A stretch of 44,605 nucleotides of DNA from an uncultured archaeon (GTDB taxonomy: Archaea; Asgardarchaeota; Thorarchaeia; Thorarchaeales; Thorarchaeaceae). Made by a program: the position numbers and the translations under genes. Location: NCBI GenBank assembly GCA_964458565.1, contig CAYWJO010000028.1, positions 1 to 44,605 on the forward strand, in the 5' to 3' direction. Below the pieces are notes generated by a model. It saw nothing but the letters and a program-made list of their open reading frames with translations. It was not told the origin of the DNA and did no database searches. Below are positions 38,138 through 44,605 of the stretch, one piece after another (positions within the stretch are counted from its first letter, which is position 1; every line of letters begins with the position of its first letter).

Positions 38138-38608
38138 TTACCATACCAGTATTTCGAGGTAAGGCTCGCCACCACCGCTTCCAGTAGGTGGATCAAAATC
38201 ATAATCTGCCATTGAGTATCCGGTACTGTATCCATAATAGCCAAATGCATCTACTCTTACATTATACCAACCTGTTTCAGTAGCTGTATCATACCATAGC
38301 ATGGTCATCTCAAAGATACGATATTTTCCAATTATGGTAAGAATCAAGATATATTGAAATCCAGATGGAAGTGTAAGAGTGATGATATAGTCAGAGGTCG
38401 AGGGGCTCTTTATACCATCCCTTACTTCAAATGTTAAATCAATGAGAATATCATCTTCAGACAAATCATCATCAAGGTCGTAATAGAATGCGTGGTTGAT
38501 GGATATATCCAGCCAATCTAAGGCAGCAGATGCCGTCTGAATTGAATTCAACATGAAGAACATACTGAGAAGAATGATAAGAACTCCAACTCTTTTTCCA
38601 CGCTTCAT
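38138..38608 (-). CDS. Secreted or surface protein (signal peptide, beta-sandwich-like)
   Basis: MKRGKR plus hydrophobic core and ASA cleavage site; acidic DLDDDLSEDD loop; GWYNVRV. Confidence 0.7.
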   Translation of the reverse strand: MKRGKRVGVLIILLSMFFMLNSIQTASAALDWLDISINHAFYYDLDDDLSEDDILIDLTFEVRDGIKSPSTSDYIITLTLPSGFQYILILTIIGKYRIFEMTMLWYDTATETGWYNVRVDAFGYYGYSTGYSMADYDFDPPTGSGGGEPYLEILVW

Positions 38609-38714
38609 AAAAGTGGGAGGAATCAGGATTACTTATATATATTCGCCATTTTGTCCCATTTGGGAAATTTCTATTTTTTCCCCCCAACGCGTTCCCTCAT
38701 CCCACTCTTTTTGG

Positions 38715-39344
38715 TTAAGATCCGGCTCTTTCCAAAATTAAAGACGACAATGCTGAAGAGATATTTGATTTGCTAACCTTCTTTGGTTCAATAATGTATT
38801 CGATTTTTGGGGGTGCGTCAAGATTCTGTAATGCACTTTGTATTTTTCTAAGACCCTTCATATCTGTTCTTCGGCCAAATCCGAGCGATGTGAGAAGTCG
38901 GTATCCATGAGCAGTTAGCCATAATTCATCTAAAACGACAGTCTCTCCTTTATCTGGAATAACGGTTCGTTCTAACTCTCTCATGAATACATCATAAATG
39001 ATTAGCTCTTTTCCAACAACCTGAATAACGACTTCATCAAGTTCTTTTTTTCGAAGCTCTGTGATACGAGGAATTAAAATCGAGGCCGGAGTCTCTTTCA
39101 TCTTATCAATATCTAAGAGAATGGAATTGCCACCCATTTCTAACCGTTCATGAAGGCTCTCTACTAACGTATGTTGTAGAAAGCATTGCACATCTATTTC
39201 TTCAGCATCTACTGGAATTTGTTCCAGAATAGGTAAAATATCAATGTCACATCCAGAGAACTCATCTAAACCGAGAGATTCCAAAAATTCCCATTGCGCC
39301 CTGAGCCATTCATCTCCATTCAGATTCTCTTTTAGAGATTTCAA
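38715..39344 (-). CDS. Hypothetical protein
   Basis: 209-aa ORF. No motif recognised. Confidence 0.7.
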   Translation of the reverse strand: MKSLKENLNGDEWLRAQWEFLESLGLDEFSGCDIDILPILEQIPVDAEEIDVQCFLQHTLVESLHERLEMGGNSILLDIDKMKETPASILIPRITELRKKELDEVVIQVVGKELIIYDVFMRELERTVIPDKGETVVLDELWLTAHGYRLLTSLGFGRRTDMKGLRKIQSALQNLDAPPKIEYIIEPKKVSKSNISSALSSLILERAGS

Positions 39345-39565
39345 TTGGAAGATGTGTTCTTGGAGAGCAATATGCTCATGATTGTCTTTTTTCAGTTCTC
39401 AGCACCCGGAAAGTATTGTAACGAATCAGATGGAATACATTCCTACGTTTATTGTTATCCCTTTGTCAGAAACTCTAACAAACTGAATGACAAAGAATGG
39501 ATAGTAAAAGAATTTGTATGTTCAAAACTAGTATAGATGTCGCCCAGCTCCTACTTTGCACAGGC

Positions 39566-39573
39566 TTATAAAG
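39566..39573 (+). promoter_or_regulatory. Candidate TATA box of ssb
   Basis: TTATAAAG about 140 bp upstream of the ssb ATG, implying a leader of roughly 115 nt. Confidence 0.45.
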
Positions 39574-39709
39574 AAACCAACATAGATAATGGTAGCAGGT
39601 CCTAAGCGAAGTCAAGTTTCCGGAAGTACCAGTTGTTCATCACCTGCGAAGTTTCCCGAATGGTCCCTCGTTTTTCAGACACTGCAAAGCTATCATAGAG
39701 AGAACCGAA

Positions 39710-40249
39710 ATGAGCTATGATCAAGAACCAACCCTTGCCACAGTGGCAGAGCTATCTCCACGTATGAAGAACTTGACAATTACGTTCAAGGTAGTGGAGA
39801 AGGGAGAAGAACGTGAAGTCTTTTCTCGTAAAAGTAATGAAACCCATCGTGTGGCTGACGCGATTGTTGCTGACTCAACAGGCTGCGTAACCGTTCCACT
39901 CTGGAATGAAAGCGTAGATACTGTTGAGGCTGGTAAATCATACACACTAAAGAATGGCTACACAGGTCTATTCAAAGGTCATCTGAGATTAAACATCGGA
40001 CGCTATGGTGAAGTTACACCAGCGGAAGAAGAGATTGAAGAGGTGAACGTGGAAAACGACATGTCAGAACCCGAGCATGAACGCGAATATCGCCCACGTC
40101 GAAGTTACGGCGGTGGCGGCGGTGGCGGCGGCGGCTATGGAGGCGGAAGAGACAGACGTGGTGGCGGCGGCTATGGCGGTGGCGGCGGCTACGGCGGCGG
40201 AAGAGACCGGGACGACAGACGCGATAGAGACCGTGGAAGACGTTATTAG
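39710..40249 (+). CDS. ssb: Single-OB-fold single-stranded nucleic-acid-binding protein with a Gly/Tyr/Arg/Asp-rich tail
   Basis: VAELSP...FKVVEKGE...VADAIVADSTGCV...LWN...NGYTGLFKGHLRLNIGRYG (crenarchaeal-type SSB OB fold). Confidence 0.9.
   Translation: MSYDQEPTLATVAELSPRMKNLTITFKVVEKGEEREVFSRKSNETHRVADAIVADSTGCVTVPLWNESVDTVEAGKSYTLKNGYTGLFKGHLRLNIGRYGEVTPAEEEIEEVNVENDMSEPEHEREYRPRRSYGGGGGGGGGYGGGRDRRGGGGYGGGGGYGGGRDRDDRRDRDRGRRY
40108..40246 (+). repeat. GGC/GGT low-complexity coding repeat (GGGGYGGGRDR twice, then an RD run)
   Basis: GC-rich tract with duplicated GGCGGCGGCTA(T/C)GG(A/C)GGCGGAAGAGAC units. Confidence 0.85.
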
Positions 40250-40250
40250 A

Positions 40251-40298
40251 AACAGATTTTTCTAACGGGAGCTCTTGCTCCCGTATCTGTTCTTTTTT
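40251..40298 (+). terminator. Hairpin plus oligo-T terminator after ssb
   Basis: ACGGGAGC-TCTT-GCTCCCGT perfect 8-bp stem (40265-40284), outer AACAGAT/ATCTGTT pairing, then TTTTTT. Confidence 0.75.
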
Positions 40299-40350
40299 AT
40301 TGAAATCATCGATATTCTATGTAGGCCAGGTAAGATTGAGGTGAATCATC

Positions 40351-40794
40351 TTGGAATTGAAAGCAACAATAATCGGATACGTAAGGAAGGAGGAGGGTAT
40401 AGCACCATATATTGAGATTGATAGAAAATATTGGGGTGCAACTCTGAATCTTGAAAAGTTCTCACACATAATCATTCTCTGGTGGATAACCGAACGTGAT
40501 AATCAAGAGGATAGATCGAATATTCAAGGCACACCACCAGTAGAAAATGCGGAATTATCAGGAGTTTTTGCTACACGCTCCCCCAGAAGACCAACGCCAG
40601 TTGGTCATACAATTTGCTCGATTGTTGAGATAGACCAAGAAAGATGTCGAATAATAGTGGATCACATGGATGCCTTTGATAATACTCCAGTGATAGACAT
40701 CAAACCATATCTTCCATCTTCAGACCGAGTTAGTCATGCAAAAACACCAAAGTGGTTCGATGACAATGTATACCGATACTCTTCTGGAGATTAA
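40351..40794 (+). CDS. trmO: TrmO/TsaA-like tRNA m6t6A37 methyltransferase domain protein
   Basis: IIGYV, FSHIIILWW, GVFATRSPRRPTPVG, MDAFDNTPVIDIKPY, PKW. Confidence 0.88.
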   Translation: MELKATIIGYVRKEEGIAPYIEIDRKYWGATLNLEKFSHIIILWWITERDNQEDRSNIQGTPPVENAELSGVFATRSPRRPTPVGHTICSIVEIDQERCRIIVDHMDAFDNTPVIDIKPYLPSSDRVSHAKTPKWFDDNVYRYSSGD

Positions 40795-40914
40795 TATAAT
40801 ACTGCAATAAGATACAGCATCAAGTAGACTAAAGCCTCTTAGTATTTCTTAAGATTTGCTTTTTTTTTGGCGTCCTAACAACCATATACATTCCTAAAAC
40901 ATATGATTTTAAAT

Positions 40915-40930
40915 TGAAACAAATGTTTCA
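40915..40930. promoter_or_regulatory. Perfect 7-2-7 inverted repeat upstream of the hdrA pair
   Basis: TGAAACA-AA-TGTTTCA, next to AT-rich TATA-like sequence. Confidence 0.45.
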
Positions 40931-41066
40931 TATATGCAACACTTTAAATTCAGTTGCGTGTATAAATTGCTCAGGGGTTTGACAGGATTCAATGAAAGGA
41001 ATTTGGAAGGAATTGAAATGACTGATGCAGCAAGAACAGCATAAAACCATCAGGAAGGAATAAAAA

Positions 41067-42407
41067 ATGAATACAAACGCAATAGAGGTTTCATCAAGCC
41101 AAGCAACAGAATTGGTTCCTGCATCATTGAATGCCATGGTCATCGGAGGTGGTGTAGCAGGGATTCAGGCAGCACTCGATATCGCTAATCAAGACTTTGA
41201 GGTATATTTGATTGAAAAAGCGCCATCAATTGGGGGGAAGATGGCTATGTTAGATAAAACATTTCCGACTCTGGATTGTTCAGCATGTATTCTTACACCT
41301 AGATTAAGTGAGGTTTCAAGACATCCAAAGATACACACGCTAACTCTTTCAGAGGTGCAATCGATTACAGGAAAAGCTGGTAATTTCAAAGTTAAAATAC
41401 GGAAAAAGGCAAGATATGTACATGAAGAAAGATGTTCAGGGTGTGGTAATTGTATCAGTGAATGTCCTGTTGAGCGACCAAATCCATTTGATCAGAATAT
41501 TGGATTTAGGAAAGCAATCTATATCCCATTTGCGCAAGCCACACCCAATGCCTGCACAATTGATCTCGAATCCTGTATTCACTGCAATAGATGTCTGAAG
41601 GCATGTGAAAGAGAAGCAATTGATTTCAATATGGAAGATGAGGAGTATGAGCTTGAAGTCGGAACCATAGTTTTTGCTACTGGTTATGAACTATTCGACG
41701 TGACCAAGTATCCTCGATATGGGTACATGAAGCTTGATAATGTCATCCACGCGATGGAGTTTGAACGACTCATCAATGCGACAGGCCCAACCCATGGTCA
41801 TCTCATTAGATTAGGAGATGGAAAAATACCTCGAAACATCGGGTTCATTCAATGTGTTGGTGCTCGTGATGTCAAATTAGGAGTTCCATATTGCTCAAGA
41901 GTGTGTTGCATGTATGGAATAAAATTGGGAATTATGGCAAAAGAGCACAATCCTGACACCGATGTTACAATATACTACGCAGATGTTCGAGCATATGGCA
42001 AAGGATACGAGGAATTCTACCAGATGGCAAGAAAACGCTACGGTATTCATTTCGTGAATGGACGGGTAGGAGAAATATCGGAGGACCCAGAAACGCGCAA
42101 TCTTAGACTTATATCGGATGATATCATTAACGACTCTATTGTGCATGCAGAACACGATTTGATTGTAATAAGTCCAGGCATCCAACCGTCAACTTGTTCA
42201 GAGGCCATCTACGAGCAAATTGGAGTGGATCTTGATGATGAGGGGTATATTGAGGAGTCGCATCCGATTCTAGGACCTGTTAGTACACGGAACAGGGGTA
42301 TTTTCGTCTGTGGTTGTTCAGAAGGTCCTAAAGACATTCCTGATTCAGTTGCAGCAGGAAGTGCTGCAGCTATGAAAGCGACCATTATCCTTTCCGGGAG
42401 AGCATGA
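41067..42407 (+). CDS. hdrA: HdrA-like flavoprotein, core module (FAD domain plus inserted ferredoxin)
   Basis: GGGVAG, KTFPTLDCSACIL, CSGCGNCISECP, CIHCNRCLKAC, MEFER, QCVGAR, YCSRVCCMY..K, GPKDIPDSV. Confidence 0.92.
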   Translation: MNTNAIEVSSSQATELVPASLNAMVIGGGVAGIQAALDIANQDFEVYLIEKAPSIGGKMAMLDKTFPTLDCSACILTPRLSEVSRHPKIHTLTLSEVQSITGKAGNFKVKIRKKARYVHEERCSGCGNCISECPVERPNPFDQNIGFRKAIYIPFAQATPNACTIDLESCIHCNRCLKACEREAIDFNMEDEEYELEVGTIVFATGYELFDVTKYPRYGYMKLDNVIHAMEFERLINATGPTHGHLIRLGDGKIPRNIGFIQCVGARDVKLGVPYCSRVCCMYGIKLGIMAKEHNPDTDVTIYYADVRAYGKGYEEFYQMARKRYGIHFVNGRVGEISEDPETRNLRLISDDIINDSIVHAEHDLIVISPGIQPSTCSEAIYEQIGVDLDDEGYIEESHPILGPVSTRNRGIFVCGCSEGPKDIPDSVAAGSAAAMKATIILSGRA

Positions 42408-44164
42408 TGATGATCGATGGAACTAGCGAACCGCGTATTGGCGTCTTTGTGTGTCATTGCGGCCATAATATTGCCGGGACTGTAGATGTAGTCAATGTAG
42501 CAGAAATGGCATCAATCCTACCATACGTTGTTTACAGTACAGATCACATGTTCGTATGTTCAGATAATGGACAGCAATTAATCAAAGATAAAATCAAGGA
42601 ATATGGTTTGAATCGAATTGTGGTTGCTAGTTGTTCACCAAGGATGCATGAACCGACATTTAGGAGAGTCGTGGAAGAGGCTGGATTGAATAGGTATGTG
42701 TTTGAACAAGTCAATCTCAGAGAACACGTATCTTGGTGTCATATGCATGAGAAAAAACTAGCAACGGAGAAGGCAGCAGATCTTGTAAGGATGGCTGTTG
42801 CAAGAGCGTCCGAATTAGTATCATTACCTGTAAAAACTGTAAGTGTGACCCCGAGAACCCTTATTGTAGGTGGAGGGATTGCTGGAATGACTGCAGCTCT
42901 CGATATTGCCAACAGAGGATTTGAGGTGGTCTTAGTGGAGAGAAGAGGTAATTTAGGAGGGCATCTCATCAATTGGACGCACATCTATCCAACCGGTGAA
43001 AGTGGGGCAGATATAATTGAACCTCTCGAAGAGCGGATTCGGTATAACCCAAATATCGCAGTACATACGAATAGTGTTGTAGTGGATTTTGAGGGATATA
43101 TTGGGAATTTCGTAGCCAGAGTTAGAAATAACCTTGATGATTCCGAGATTGTGTATGATATTGGAACGGTTATTGTTGCAACTGGATTTGAAGTCTTTAA
43201 GCCATTTGGATATTATGGATATGGTGAAAGCCCAAATGTAATTACACTTGCTGAGCTTCAAGAGTTGGAACCAAAACCTAAGCTACTCCGACCTAGTGAT
43301 GGAAAAAGAGTGCGAACTATGTTGTTCATAAGTTGTGTCGGTTCAAGAGAACCCGGAAAATATGGACATGAACACTGCTCAAGACATTGTTGCTTTGCAA
43401 TCTCAAAAGCTGCGTCTGATCTTAGAGAAAGTATGGATGAAGTAATTGTAGTCTATAGAAGTCTAAGGACCTATGGCAAGCACCATGAAGCCATCCATCG
43501 TTTAGCACGTGCAAGACACGTTATATACTCCAGATATTTAGCAGAAATGCCTCCGGTTGTTGAGGTTGATGCAAATAAGGAGATTGTTGTTAAATGGAGA
43601 GATATTCTTGCTAATGAAGAATTAAGTTTCAGACCAGATCTCTTGGTCTTAGCATCTGCAATGATAGCACCACATGATATCAACCGTACAGGGAAAATAT
43701 TCGGATTATCCCCAAGTGCAGATGGTTTCTTTAGTCCTGAACATATCAAATTAGCTCCTCTCACAACACATGCAGCTGGGATAATGATTGCAGGAACAAG
43801 CCAAGCGGCTAAAACTGGTGCTGAATCTGCTATTGATGCAAGTGGAGCAGCCGCGAAGGCTGTTGCTTTGATGGCAAGAGGGCAGGTTGAGATAGAATCA
43901 ACTGTCCCACAAATAAATAGCGAATTGTGTTCGGGATGTAGAACCTGTGTAGTGGCGTGTCCATATAGTGCGATATCAATGGAAGAACGTAAAGGAAATC
44001 AAATTGCTGTTGTCACAGATGCAAAATGTCATGGTTGTGGTACATGTGCAGGAGCCTGTCCAAGCAATGCCATATCGATGCTACATTCCACTGATGAACA
44101 AATACTTGCAATGGTGAGTGCATTTCTGAATCCTTCATTAGTTAATAGGAGGGGATACATATGA
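42404..44164 (+). CDS. hdrA: HdrA-like flavoprotein (N-terminal Cys domain, FAD domain, C-terminal ferredoxin)
   Basis: RIGVFVCHCGHNI, ASCSPRMHE, NLREHVSW, GGGIAG, SCVGSR, CSRHCC, CSGCRTCVVACP, CHGCGTCAGACP. Confidence 0.92.
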   Translation: MMMIDGTSEPRIGVFVCHCGHNIAGTVDVVNVAEMASILPYVVYSTDHMFVCSDNGQQLIKDKIKEYGLNRIVVASCSPRMHEPTFRRVVEEAGLNRYVFEQVNLREHVSWCHMHEKKLATEKAADLVRMAVARASELVSLPVKTVSVTPRTLIVGGGIAGMTAALDIANRGFEVVLVERRGNLGGHLINWTHIYPTGESGADIIEPLEERIRYNPNIAVHTNSVVVDFEGYIGNFVARVRNNLDDSEIVYDIGTVIVATGFEVFKPFGYYGYGESPNVITLAELQELEPKPKLLRPSDGKRVRTMLFISCVGSREPGKYGHEHCSRHCCFAISKAASDLRESMDEVIVVYRSLRTYGKHHEAIHRLARARHVIYSRYLAEMPPVVEVDANKEIVVKWRDILANEELSFRPDLLVLASAMIAPHDINRTGKIFGLSPSADGFFSPEHIKLAPLTTHAAGIMIAGTSQAAKTGAESAIDASGAAAKAVALMARGQVEIESTVPQINSELCSGCRTCVVACPYSAISMEERKGNQIAVVTDAKCHGCGTCAGACPSNAISMLHSTDEQILAMVSAFLNPSLVNRRGYI

Positions 44165-44397
44165 GTGGGCATTTTGTTGCATTATTTAAACAAAAAACCG
44201 CTGAAGTCCGGAATCAGAGGAGAGAAATCTTGAATATTCTTTCATTGAATTCAGCTACAATCAGCGAGTTGTCAATAAAACTTGAGATTCCAAAGAATGC
44301 CATTTTATGGAATATGATTGCCATGATAAGATGGGGACAAGTAGAAATTATTGAGGAAAGAAACGATGAACTTGTTTATGCCATTACTGGCATGTAG
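44161..44397 (+). CDS. Small winged-helix protein
   Basis: RREILNIL...ATISELSIKLEIPKNAILWNM...GQVE...Y; ATGA overlap with hdrA and AGGAGG SD. Confidence 0.78.
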   Translation: MSGHFVALFKQKTAEVRNQRREILNILSLNSATISELSIKLEIPKNAILWNMIAMIRWGQVEIIEERNDELVYAITGM

Positions 44398-44605
44398 AGA
44401 TCAATAGGCATCGAACATCCATTGTGGTGAAACATAGACGTGTACCTTTATGATCTCCAGTTTATAATTGGACTATTTGAAAGATAGTAGCAAAGAAGAT
44501 ATGCATTAATATTCTAAATTCCAGAAAGGATTTGTAGGGAGATAAGATACGGGATGCACGCCCAGAAGCAAATATATACAGGTTAACTGTTTTTTTGCCT
44601 CTTAT

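Noticed and set aside
39345-39536. 63-aa ORF upstream of ssb
   Set aside because: It has a TTG start directly back-to-back with the divergent gene, leaving no promoter space, and no motif.
32662-42407. Possible selenoprotein forms of MvhD and HdrA, known in some archaea
   Set aside because: The relevant positions are Cys codons (CCNWC, GCHEGDC, DCSAC) and the ORFs have no internal TGA.
44462-44605. Open minus-strand frame of 47 codons entering from the right edge
   Set aside because: Too short and featureless to call without the flanking sequence.

Overview
A 44.6-kb, gene-dense, AT-leaning window from an anaerobic archaeon. It carries TFB, a single-OB SSB, a MoaD/SAMP protein, two tungsten AOR-family enzymes, MvhD and HdrA. 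The gene repertoire and long multi-wHTH regulators suggest an Asgard lineage such as Thorarchaeia, which is an inference. Left to right: glycosylation genes (partial GT4, two divergent nucleotide-sugar dehydrogenases, an NTP transferase), hypC, a PflX-type radical SAM protein, a degenerate transcarbamylase, and two ABC-2 exporters flanking a wHTH/membrane-protein pair. Next come a four-hairpin element in front of a large wHTH/Lrp-repeat regulator, a deaminase, a PAS kinase, an FeS-AOR-PreA-like run, an M24 peptidase, a PfkB kinase, moaD plus an allantoinase-like hydrolase, TFB, and a second FeS-AOR pair. The right end holds an mvhD-fusion/FeS/two MetV-like operon, GNAT, a second wHTH/Lrp-repeat protein, an SSB with a Gly/Arg tail, trmO, and a complementary HdrA gene pair. 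I found no rRNA, tRNA, CRISPR array or transposase. The strongest leads are (i) a possible reductive purine/pyrimidine catabolic route built from non-canonical enzymes, (ii) a structured RNA linked to a pseudo-IrrE/Lrp-repeat regulator, and (iii) an MvhD/MetV-like/HdrA redox module with no MetF or HdrBC in the window. All family calls come from motif recognition by eye; no database searches were run.
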